A stretch of 19,061 nt of DNA, taken from Gemmatimonadota bacterium (GTDB lineage Bacteria; Gemmatimonadota; Gemmatimonadetes; Gemmatimonadales; Gemmatimonadaceae). The translations under genes and the position numbers were made by a program. The stretch lies in contig JANMLN010000186.1 of NCBI GenBank assembly GCA_031372565.1, positions 1-19,061 on the forward strand, given 5' to 3'. Below are positions 1 through 8,135 of the stretch, one piece after another (positions within the stretch are counted from its first letter, which is position 1; each line of letters begins with the position of its first letter). Under the pieces are notes generated by a model. That model saw only the letters and a list, made by a program, of their open reading frames with translations. It made no database searches and had not been told where the DNA came from.

Positions 1-2
1 CC

Positions 3-89
3 GTCGTCACCGAGCAGATGCGCACGATGTTCGGATGGGATCACAAGAAGCTCGAAGCTGCTGTGAAATCCGTTCCCGCCGGAGCCGAC
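3..89 (+). other. Fragment resembling an internal segment of an FGGY-family sugar kinase (xylulokinase-like), broken at about nt 90
   Basis: Frame 3 reads VVTEQMRTMFGWDHKKLEAAVKSVPAGAD with mostly G/C third positions. This resembles the segment before GLLFLPYLxGER in xylulokinases (from memory). The frame then loses similarity and stops at 138-140. Confidence 0.45.
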
Positions 90-91
90 GC

Positions 92-886
92 GGACCCGCG
101 GACCCGATCATCGAGCATCCGTCCGTGCGTGTCGGGCTGATGCGCATGAAGGCGCTCAACGAAGGGATGCGTGCGCTCGCCATCTGGATCGGCATCACGC
201 TCGACATCGAGGAGAAGCACCCCGATCCCGAGGTGCGCGCGGCGTCACTCGACCTGGTGGCGCTGATGACGCCCGTCATCAAGGCCTTCCTGACGGACAT
301 CGGTTTCGAGAACACGAACATCGCGTTGCAGACGCTCGGCGGTCACGGGTATGTGCGCGAGTACGGCATGGAGCAGTTCGTGCGTGATGCGCGCATCGGT
401 CAGATCTACGAAGGGACCAATGCGGTGCAGGCCATGGACCTGATCGGTCGCAAGCTGCCGGAGGGGATGGGGCGCCTGTTGCGACGGTTCTTCCACCCGG
501 TCAACGAGCTGCTCGAACAGTCGATGGCGGACGAGAGCCTCAAGGAGTTCGCCGAGCCGCTGCAGAAGGCGTTCGCCCGCCTGCAGCAGACCACGCAGCT
601 CGTCGCGACCAAGGCAATGGGCAATCCGGAAGAAGCGGGTGCCGCCGCCGAGGACTATCTCGCGATGATGGGCTACGTCGCGGTCGGCTACATGTGGCTG
701 CGCATGATCAAGCTCTCGAAGGAGAAGCTCGCCGCCGGCGCGAATGGCAAGGCGGCCTTCTACGAGACCAAGGTCACGACGGGCCACTTCTACATGGTGA
801 AGGTGCTGCCGCAGGTGCACACGCATGCGGCGCGCATCGCGGCTGGTTCGGCGTCGGTGATGGCGCTGTCCGCCGACGCCTTCTAG
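92..886 (+). CDS. Acyl-CoA dehydrogenase, C-terminal half only (long type with extra C-terminal domain); 5' part absent
   Basis: Motifs GPADPIIEHPSVR, TPVIKAFLTD, ALQTLGGHGYVREYGMEQFVRDARIGQIYEGTNAVQAMDLIGRK, then the typical C-terminal domain ending MALSADAF; TAG at 884-886. Residues upstream of nt 92 in this frame look non-homologous. Confidence 0.9.
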   Translation, partial: GPADPIIEHPSVRVGLMRMKALNEGMRALAIWIGITLDIEEKHPDPEVRAASLDLVALMTPVIKAFLTDIGFENTNIALQTLGGHGYVREYGMEQFVRDARIGQIYEGTNAVQAMDLIGRKLPEGMGRLLRRFFHPVNELLEQSMADESLKEFAEPLQKAFARLQQTTQLVATKAMGNPEEAGAAAEDYLAMMGYVAVGYMWLRMIKLSKEKLAAGANGKAAFYETKVTTGHFYMVKVLPQVHTHAARIAAGSASVMALSADAF

Positions 887-912
887 TCGTCCGTCGCCCG
901 CCGGGCGACATC

Positions 913-953
913 GGCGCTGGTGTTGCGCACGATGCGCAATGCCAGCGCCTTTT
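913..953 (+). terminator. Rho-independent terminator after the acyl-CoA dehydrogenase
   Basis: 17-bp stem GGCGCTGGTGTTGCGCA (913-929) / TGCGCAATGCCAGCGCC (933-949) with two G-U pairs, 3-nt loop, then TTTT (950-953). Confidence 0.7.
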
Positions 954-1017
954 GCGTGCCGGCAGCGCGCCCGGTCGGGCGCGACGCGTGACGGCGTTGC
1001 TGGGCGTGCGTGGACCC

Positions 1018-1046
1018 TTGCCGTGCGTGCATCCGGAGCGCATCGT
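1018..1046 (+). promoter_or_regulatory. Possible sigma70-type promoter of the FDH operon
   Basis: TTGCCG (1018-1023), 17-nt spacer, CATCGT (1041-1046), 36 nt before the ATG. Weak match to consensus. Confidence 0.25.
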
Positions 1047-1082
1047 CCAGTGCCGTCACCTCCCGTCGACTGGAGCCCCGCC

Positions 1083-3020
1083 ATGCGCCGCCGTCCCCCT
1101 GCCGAGCCCTACGCGCGACTGACCACGCCGCTGGTGCGCGACGATGGCGTCCTGCGACCCGCCAGCTGGGACGAAGCCATGGCGCGCGCCGCCGACGGCT
1201 TCCGACGCACGATCGACGCGCGTGGCGCGAACGCCGTCGGCATGTTCAGCTGTTCGAAGTCCACCAACGAGGTGAACTTCCTCGCGCAGAAGCTTGCAAG
1301 GCAAGTGTTCGGCAACAACAACATCGACAGCTGCAACCGAACGTGACACGCGCCCAGCGTCGTCGGTCTGGCGACGGTGTTCGGAGCGGGCGGCGGCACG
1401 AGCTCCTACGAGGAGGTCGAAGACGCCGACGTCGTCTTCCTGTGGGGATCGAACGCGCGCGAGGCGCATCCGATCTGGTTCCATCACCTGCTCAAGGGCA
1501 TCCGGCATCACGGGACGCGGCTGTACGTGATGGATCCGCGGCGGACCGCGAGCGCCCAGTGGGCCGACCAGTGGGTCGGGCTGCGGGTCGGGTCGGATAT
1601 CGCCCTCGCGAACGCGATGGCGCGCGAGATCATTCATGCCGGTCTGGCGAATCAGGCCTTCATCGCGAATGCGACGGAGCAGTTCGAGCAATATGCCGGC
1701 GCCGTCGAGTCGTACACGCTCGAGTGGGCGGAGCCGGTGACGGGGATTCCCGCGGACGTCATTCGCGAAGCCGCGCACGCCTTCGCCACGGCAGAGCGCG
1801 CGATGATCTGCTGGACCCTCGGCATCACCGAGCACCACAACGCCGTGGAGAACGTGCTGGCGCTCATCAACCTCACGCTCCTGTGCGGGCACGTCGGCCG
1901 ATGGGGCGCGGGGTGCAATCCGCTCCGTGGACAGAACAATGTGCAGGGGGGCGGCGACATGGGGGCGATCCCCAACAAGCTGCCCGGTTTCCAGGACATC
2001 GAGATCGATTTCCAGGCGCGCGCCCGCTTCGAGCAGGCGTGGGGACGACCGATCCAGCCGAAGGCCGGGTGGAACCTCACGCAGATGTTCCACGCGATGG
2101 AGCGCGGCGCGCTCTCGGCGCTCTACGTGATCGGCGAGAACCCGGCGCAGTCTGATGCCGATGCGCATCGCATCGGGGCGCTGCTCGAGGGACTCGAGCA
2201 CCTCGTCGTGCAGGAGATCTTCCTCACGAAGACCGCACAGTACGCGCACGTGGTCCTGCCGGCCGCCGCGACCTGGTGCGAGGGCGACGGAACGGTCACC
2301 AATAGCGAGCGGCGGGTGCAGCGGGTTCGACACGCGGTCGAGCCGCCTGCCGGCGCACGCGATGAACTCGCGATCCTCACGGAGATGGCGCGCCGCCTCG
2401 GGCACGACTGGGGCACGCCCACCGCTGAGTCAGTGTGGAACGAGTTCCGCGTGCTCGCGCCACACTTCGCTGGTGGCATGAGCTACGCCCGGCTCGAAGC
2501 GCTTGGTGGCATCCAGTGGCCATGCCCGGACGAGTCGCATCCCGGCACGACCTTTCTGCATGCGCGGCTCTGGGACACGCCGCGCGGCGGGCGCGCGGCA
2601 CCCTTCTCGATCGTGCATCATGACCCGCCCTGGGAAGCGCGCGATCCGCAGTATCCCTTCCTGCTCACGACGGGACGACGTCTCGAGTCGTACAACACCG
2701 GCGTGCAGTCCTCGGGCTACGCGTCACCGCTCCATCGTGGCGAGACGCTCGACATCTCGCCCGAGGACGCCCTGCAGCTCGGGCTGTCCGACGGCGATCT
2801 CGTGCGCGTGACCTCACGACGCGGCACGGTGGACGTCCCGTGCCGCATCGACACGGCGCTCCGTGCCAGCCTCGTCTTCATGACGCTGCACTTCCCGGAT
2901 GATGTTGCCACCAACCTGCTGACCATCGACGTCGCCGATCCGCGTTCGGGCACAGCCGAGTTCAAGGCGTGCGCCGTGCGCGTCGAGCCGATCGGCGTGG
3001 GCGCCGTGGCGGGGCGCTGA
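1083..3020 (+). CDS. fdhA: Selenocysteine-containing Mo/W-bisPGD formate dehydrogenase catalytic subunit (645 aa with UGA read as Sec), lacking the N-terminal 4Fe-4S domain
   Basis: GGAG RBS then ATG 1083. ORFs 939-1346 and 1377-3020 are in the same frame, separated by TGA 1344-1346 in NIDSCNRT-U-HAPSV, the Sec/Cys-His active-site position of FdhF. Also WGSNAREAHP, PLRGQNNVQG (catalytic Arg), EGDGTVTNSERRVQ, LTTGRRLESYNTG and AEFKACAV. Confidence 0.93.
1344..1376 (+). promoter_or_regulatory. Sec UGA codon and bacterial SECIS hairpin
   Basis: TGA, 11 nt, then stem CGTCGTC (1358-1364) / GGCGACG (1370-1376) closing loop GGTCT. Spacing and GGUC-containing apex resemble the E. coli fdhF SECIS. 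Confidence 0.85.
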
Positions 3021-4906
3021 TGGACGTCAAGCTGATGGACGCGCGCGCGACCGACGACGAGCAGCAGGCCGTCGACCGCGTCCTCGGTGCACCGCAGAGT
3101 CCGTGGGCGGGTGGCGCGCGCGGTGCGCACCGCGACTTTCACACGGCGACGGGCGGCGCGGCGCGTCGCCTCGAGCGCACGATGCTCTTGCCGGCCCTGC
3201 GCGCGCTGCAGGAGCGGGTCGGCTGGATCTCCGAAGGCGGCCTGAACTACGTGTGCGAGCGCCTCGATGTCCCCCCGGCCGAGGCGTGGGGGGTCGCGAC
3301 GTTCTACGCGCTGCTGAGCACCGCGCCACGGCCTGTGCGCATGCTGCATGTCTGTGATGACATCGGGTGTCGTCAGCGCGGCGCGCGGGATCTGTGCGAG
3401 GCGCTGCGATCGTCGCATGGAGAGCCGGTCGTGCATCACGCCGACGGGCATGTCGTGCTCGACGCTGCTCGCCCCGCGTGGATGACCTCGCCCTGTCTCG
3501 GGCTCTGCGATCAGGCACCGGCGGCGCTCGTGACCGATGCGGGCACGGTGCCCGACGAGCGGCTGATCGGCCACGTCAGCGTGGAGTCGGCGCGTGGTCT
3601 CATGGCGGGCGCGCCGCTGCCCGCACACGCGCCATCGTCGGCGGTGCATCCCGCTGCGGGCGATCCCGCTCGCGTGCTGCTCGCGCGCGTCGGGGTGGTG
3701 GATCCGGCGTCGTTGGACGCGTATCGTGCATCGGGCGGCTACACCGCGCTCGCGCGCGCCGTGACGCTCGGTGCGTCGGGCGTGATCGGTGAGGTGGTCC
3801 TGTCCCGACTGGCTGGGCGTGGCGGCGCGGCGTTTCCGACGGGCAAGAAGTGGGAGGCGGTTGCCGCACAGTCCGCCGGCATCAAGTATGTGGTGTGCAA
3901 TGCCGACGAGTCCGAGCCCGGCACGTTCAAGGATCGCGTGCTGCTGAGCGAGGATCCGTTTGCGATCATCGAGGCGATGACGATTGCCGGCTTCGCCACG
4001 GGTGCTACGCGCGGGTTCGTGTACATCCGCGGAGAGTATCCGCTGGCTGCCGAGCGGGTGACACGCGCCGTCGACGCGGCGCGCCAGGCCGGCTGTCTCG
4101 GCGCCAACGTTGCAGGGCACGGCTTCGCGTTCGATATCGAGGTACGGCGTGGCGCCGGTGCGTACATCTGTGGCGAGGAGACGGCGCTCTTCGAGTCCAT
4201 TGCCGGCCGACGCGGTGAACCGCGCAGCAAGCCCCCCTTCCCGGTGCACGCCGGGCTCTTCGGCAAGCCGACGGTGGTCAACAACGTCGAGACGTTGGCG
4301 AATGTGTTGCCGATCGTGCGCCATGGCGGCGCGGCGTTCGCCTCGGTCGGCAGTGGCATCTCGACGGGCACGCGACTCTGGTGCCTGAGCGGCGCCGTGC
4401 AGCGACCGGGGTTGTACGAGGCCCCGATGACGACGACGCTCCACGCGCTCATCGCACGGTCCGGCGGCGTGGCCCCGGGACGCACGCTGCGCGCCGTGCT
4501 GCTCGGTGGCGCCGCGTCCACCTTCGTGACACCGGAGCAGCTCGCGATGCCGCTCACGTTCGAAGCGGCGCGCAGTGCGGGTGCGTCGCTCGGCTCCGGT
4601 GTGGTGATGGTCTTCGATGATCAGGATGACATGGAGGATCACGTGCTGCGGATTGCGGCCTTCTTCCGCGACGAATCGTGTGGCCAGTGCGTCCCCTGCC
4701 GTGTGGGAACGGTACGACAGGAAGAGGCGCTGCACCGCTTGACGCACCGCCGGACCATCGGCTCCGTGGCGGACGAACATGCGCTCCTGGCCGAACTTGG
4801 GGCCGCGATGAAGGACGGCTCGATCTGTGGGCTGGGCCAGACGGCGTATGCCGCGGTCGAGTCGGCGATCACGACGCTGGGGCTCTTTGCCGGAGGGCGC
4901 GCATGA
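3020..4906 (+). CDS. NuoE-NuoF fusion diaphorase subunit (2Fe-2S, FMN/NADH, 4Fe-4S) of an NAD-dependent FDH, 628 aa
   Basis: ATG overlaps the upstream TGA (TGATG). NuoE part: GVATFYA, VCDDIGC...SPCLGLC. NuoF part: GRGGAAFPTGKKW, CNADESEPGTFKDR, GAGAYICGEETAL, NNVETL, ESCGQCVPCRVG...CGLG. Confidence 0.92.
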   Translation: MDVKLMDARATDDEQQAVDRVLGAPQSPWAGGARGAHRDFHTATGGAARRLERTMLLPALRALQERVGWISEGGLNYVCERLDVPPAEAWGVATFYALLSTAPRPVRMLHVCDDIGCRQRGARDLCEALRSSHGEPVVHHADGHVVLDAARPAWMTSPCLGLCDQAPAALVTDAGTVPDERLIGHVSVESARGLMAGAPLPAHAPSSAVHPAAGDPARVLLARVGVVDPASLDAYRASGGYTALARAVTLGASGVIGEVVLSRLAGRGGAAFPTGKKWEAVAAQSAGIKYVVCNADESEPGTFKDRVLLSEDPFAIIEAMTIAGFATGATRGFVYIRGEYPLAAERVTRAVDAARQAGCLGANVAGHGFAFDIEVRRGAGAYICGEETALFESIAGRRGEPRSKPPFPVHAGLFGKPTVVNNVETLANVLPIVRHGGAAFASVGSGISTGTRLWCLSGAVQRPGLYEAPMTTTLHALIARSGGVAPGRTLRAVLLGGAASTFVTPEQLAMPLTFEAARSAGASLGSGVVMVFDDQDDMEDHVLRIAAFFRDESCGQCVPCRVGTVRQEEALHRLTHRRTIGSVADEHALLAELGAAMKDGSICGLGQTAYAAVESAITTLGLFAGGRA

Positions 4907-5847
4907 CGCCGCTCGTCCAGCTCACCCGCCCCGACCGGCGACCGCGCACCGCCGTGACCTGCACCGTGAATGGGCGCGACGTCACGGTCCCCGAGGGGAC
5001 CACGATCCTCGCCGCTGCCGCGACGATCGGCGTGACGATACCGACGTTGTGCTGGCTCGAGACACTCACCCCGGTCAACGCCTGCCGACTGTGCGTGGCG
5101 GAGGTGAAGGGCGCGCGCGTGCTCGCGCCAGCCTGCGCGCGCGCCGTCGAACCCGGGATGGAGATCCTGACGGACTCGCCGCGCGTGCACCTGACGCGGA
5201 AGCTCGTGCTCGAGCTGCTGGCGTCGAGCGTGGACCTCTCGTGTGCACCCGAGCTGACGTCGCTCATGTCGGCGTACGGCGCGCGCCCTGAACGGTTTGG
5301 TCCGAGCGCTCCGGCAGGCGTTCGCCGCGGTGCGGTCACGGGGCATCATGCGCCCCCCGATCCCGCCTGCGCCGCGACGACGCTGGAACCGCCCAGGGTG
5401 GACAACGAACTCTACGTACGCGATTACGCCAAGTGCGTTCTCTGCTACAAGTGCGTCGAGGCCTGCGGCACGGACCACCAGAACACCTTCGCCATCGCCG
5501 TCGCCGGCCGCGGCTTCGATGCGCACATCTCGACCGAACTCGGCGTGCCGCTCACCGCGTCGGCCTGCGTCTACTGCGGCAACTGCGTTGCCGTCTGCCC
5601 CACGGGCGCGCTGATGGCGAAACGCGAGTTCGACTTGCGCGCGGAGGGCCGATGGGATGCTGCCGCGCAGCGCATGACCGATACGATCTGCCCCTACTGC
5701 GGTGTCGGATGCACGCTCACCCTGCATGTGCAGGATGGCGAGATCGTGAAGGCGACCTCTCCGCTCGACAACACGATCACGTTGGGCAACTTGTGCATCA
5801 AGGGACGCTTCGGTTGGCGTTTCGTCCAGAACACGGTCGGTCGATGA
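4903..5847 (+). CDS. Fe-S electron-transfer subunit (2Fe-2S + 2x4Fe-4S + molybdopterin-proximal 4Fe-4S domain), the detached N-terminal part of an FdsA/NuoG-like FDH alpha chain, 314 aa
   Basis: ATGA overlap at 4903-4906. Motifs IPTLC...ACRLC...PAC (2Fe-2S), CVLCYKCVEAC and CVYCGNCVAVCP (2x4Fe-4S), and C-terminal TICPYCGVGC...LCIKGRFGWRFV. Confidence 0.9.
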   Translation: MTPLVQLTRPDRRPRTAVTCTVNGRDVTVPEGTTILAAAATIGVTIPTLCWLETLTPVNACRLCVAEVKGARVLAPACARAVEPGMEILTDSPRVHLTRKLVLELLASSVDLSCAPELTSLMSAYGARPERFGPSAPAGVRRGAVTGHHAPPDPACAATTLEPPRVDNELYVRDYAKCVLCYKCVEACGTDHQNTFAIAVAGRGFDAHISTELGVPLTASACVYCGNCVAVCPTGALMAKREFDLRAEGRWDAAAQRMTDTICPYCGVGCTLTLHVQDGEIVKATSPLDNTITLGNLCIKGRFGWRFVQNTVGR

Positions 5848-6692
5848 GCGGACATCGCACGATGCCGCCACTCACGCGTGCGTCGCCCGTGGCGGCGCAT
5901 GCGTGGACCCGCCTCGATGGCACGGACGCCTTTCCGGCGGAGGGAGCGATCGTCGAGGAAGTGCCCGTCGCGCTCGTGTACGGAGGGCGGACCCACGTGG
6001 TCATCATGGCCACCCCCGCCGACCTCGAGGACCTGGCCGTCGGCTTCACGATCAGTGAAGGCATCGTGCAGCGCGCGCGCGAGATCACCGGGATCGCGGT
6101 CGAGCGGCATGCCGCGGGGATCGAGGTGCGCATCGGCGTGCCGGCTGCGGTCGCAGCGGCCCTCGCGTCGCGTGCGCGCGCGCTGCCGGCGCGCACGGGA
6201 TGCGGGCTGTGCGGCGTGGAGGCGATCACCGACGCGGTGCGTACGCCGCGCCTGGTCGAGTCACCGCTCGTCGTCGACGCCGCGGCGGTGTATGCCGCGG
6301 TACGCGCACTGGGTAACCGACAGGAGCTCAATCGCGACGCGCACGCGCTGCATGCCGCCGCATTCGCGCGCGCCTCGGGCGAACTGGTGTGCGTACGCGA
6401 GGACGTCGGTCGCCACAATGCGCTCGACAAGGTGCTCGGCGCCGTCATGCGCGCGGGCGGCGACTTCGCGAACGGCATGCTCGTCGTCACCAGCCGCGCC
6501 AGCGTCGAGATGGTGCAGAAAGCCGCTGCCGCCGGCGTGCCGGTGCTTGCGGCCGTCTCGCGTCCAACCGCGCTCGCCATCCGGATGGCCGACGCCTCGG
6601 GCCTCGCACTCCTCGGCCTGGTGCGGGGCGAGACCGCCAACCTGTACGCGGGCGCGCATCGCGTGCGCGCGGTCACTGTTCCCAAATGCTGA
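5844..6692 (+). CDS. fdhD: Formate dehydrogenase accessory sulfurtransferase FdhD, 282 aa
   Basis: ATGA overlap at 5844-5847. Motifs EEVPVAL, MATPADLEDLAVGF, GCGLCG, HAAA, REDVGRHNALDK, TSRASVEMVQK, SRPTALA. Confidence 0.95.
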   Translation: MSGHRTMPPLTRASPVAAHAWTRLDGTDAFPAEGAIVEEVPVALVYGGRTHVVIMATPADLEDLAVGFTISEGIVQRAREITGIAVERHAAGIEVRIGVPAAVAAALASRARALPARTGCGLCGVEAITDAVRTPRLVESPLVVDAAAVYAAVRALGNRQELNRDAHALHAAAFARASGELVCVREDVGRHNALDKVLGAVMRAGGDFANGMLVVTSRASVEMVQKAAAAGVPVLAAVSRPTALAIRMADASGLALLGLVRGETANLYAGAHRVRAVTVPKC

Positions 6693-6699
6693 CACACCC

Positions 6700-7779
6700 G
6701 TGAGCGTACTCATCAACCTGCAGGAGTACGAGGCACGCTCCACCGACCTGCTCGCGCCGATGGTGGCGGCGTACTATGCCGGCGGCGCCAACGACGAGGT
6801 GACGCTGCGTGAGGCGCCACGGGCGTGGGAGCAGCTGCGGCTCGTGCCGCGCATTCTGGTGGACGTGACTGCGCTCGACGTGGGCACCACGGTGCTCGGA
6901 CATCGCATCGCGATGCCGGTGATGACCGCACCGTGCGCACTCAACCGGATGGCGCACGCCGACGGCGAGTCGGGCGTCGCGCGCGCCGTGCACGCGGCCG
7001 GGGTCATCCAGGTCTTGAGCACGATGGCCAGCGAGTCGCTCGAGACGGTGGCGGCGGCATCGCCCGGACCCAAGTGGTTCCAGCTGTATTGCTACAAGGA
7101 GCGCGAGCTGACGGCCGATCTGGTGCGGCGTGCCGAGGCGGCAGGATACGTGGCGCTCTGTCTGACCGTGGACGTGCCGGTCCTGGGGCGCCGTGAGCGC
7201 GAGATCCGCACGGGCTTTCATGCGCCGCCCGGGATCTCGATCGCCAATCTCGAGCGGTACGGCAATGCGGCGGATACGATGGGCGGTGCGGCCGGGGCGT
7301 CCGGGCTGGCGAGTTACGTCGCCGCGCGCTGGGATGCGTCGCTCACGTGGGAGGCGATCGCCCGGCTCCGCTCGATCACGACGCTTCCGATCGTGCTCAA
7401 GGGGGTGCTGGCCGCGGATGATGCGCTCCGCGCGGTCGAGCACGGCGTGGATGGCCTCGTCGTGAGCACGCACGGCGGTCGCCAGCTCGACACCGTGGTG
7501 TCCACGGCCAGTGCGCTACCCCGCATCGTCGATGCGGTGGCCGGACGCGCCGAGGTGTACGTGGACGGCGGCATTCGTCGCGGCACGGACGTGCTGAAGG
7601 CGCTTGCGCTCGGTGCGCGGGCCGTCTGGATCGGGCGGCCGTACCTGTGGGGACTCGCCGTCAACGGGGAAGCCGGCGTTCGCCACGTGCTCGAGCTGCT
7701 GCGCGACGAACTCGCCCTCGCGATGGCGCTGAGTGGGCGCGCCAGCGTGGCGTCACTCGGGCGCGACCTCGTCGCATAA
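6700..7779 (+). CDS. FMN-dependent alpha-hydroxy-acid oxidase/dehydrogenase (glycolate/lactate oxidase family), 359 aa
   Basis: GTG 7 nt after the fdhD stop. Motifs YYAGGANDE, WFQLY, LTVD, PIVLKG, VSTHGGRQLD, VDGGIRRGTDVLKALALGA, GRPYLWGL. Confidence 0.93.
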   Translation: MSVLINLQEYEARSTDLLAPMVAAYYAGGANDEVTLREAPRAWEQLRLVPRILVDVTALDVGTTVLGHRIAMPVMTAPCALNRMAHADGESGVARAVHAAGVIQVLSTMASESLETVAAASPGPKWFQLYCYKERELTADLVRRAEAAGYVALCLTVDVPVLGRREREIRTGFHAPPGISIANLERYGNAADTMGGAAGASGLASYVAARWDASLTWEAIARLRSITTLPIVLKGVLAADDALRAVEHGVDGLVVSTHGGRQLDTVVSTASALPRIVDAVAGRAEVYVDGGIRRGTDVLKALALGARAVWIGRPYLWGLAVNGEAGVRHVLELLRDELALAMALSGRASVASLGRDLVA

Positions 7780-7791
7780 CGACACGCCCAA

Positions 7792-7824
7792 GTCGTCCTG
7801 AGCAAAGCGAAGGACCTGCTTCTC
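7792..7824 (+). repeat. REP-like palindromic element, single forward copy
   Basis: GTCGTCCTGAGCAAAGCGAAGGACCTGCTTCTC; same unit as at 8135-8329 and 12924-13136; internal arms GTCCT/AGGAC. Confidence 0.85.
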
Positions 7825-7901
7825 AGTCCTCGCACGCTGCATCGAAACCCCAGCGCGCGCGCTCCGTAGTGAGATCAGCCCTCACGCTCTGGAGCCCCGC
7901 C

Positions 7902-8135
7902 GTGATCGAATCCATTCTTCGACTCTTCGCACTTCGCCCGCTGTTCACCATCGCGATCATGGGGGTGCCGCTCCTCGTGCTGATCGTGCTCGGCCTTGCT
8001 GCGGTGCTGCTGTTCAAACTGCTGCTGTGGGTCGTGTTGCCGATCGCGATCGTGTGGTGGCTCGTGAGCAAGCTCAGACGGCCGCACAGCGCGCACACGC
8101 ACGCGTCGGAGCCGGAGCCCGTCGCGACCGTGTAG
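7902..8135 (+). CDS. Small hydrophobic membrane protein, 77 aa, unknown function
   Basis: GGAG RBS then GTG 7902. MIESILRLFALRPLFTIAIMGVPLLVLIVLGLAAVLLFKLLLWVVLPIAIVWWLVSKLRRP...: long hydrophobic hairpin followed by basic residues; G/C-rich third positions. Confidence 0.7.
   Translation: MIESILRLFALRPLFTIAIMGVPLLVLIVLGLAAVLLFKLLLWVVLPIAIVWWLVSKLRRPHSAHTHASEPEPVATV

Noticed and set aside
887..1082. tRNA-Sec (selC) upstream of the FDH
   Set aside because: No cloverleaf with a UCA anticodon or T-loop consensus could be found.
1344..1346. Nonsense mutation making the FDH a pseudogene
   Set aside because: The TGA is at the Sec/Cys ligand column with a SECIS-like hairpin, and the rest of the operon is intact.
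3020..5847. Respiratory complex I or hydrogenase operon
   Set aside because: No membrane Nuo subunits and no H-cluster or NiFe motifs; context with FDH and fdhD indicates a diaphorase module.
5433..7779. Long N-terminal extensions of fdhD (from 5433) and the oxidase (from 5878)
   Set aside because: They are Arg-rich off-frame readings overlapping real genes; homology begins at 5844 and 6700.
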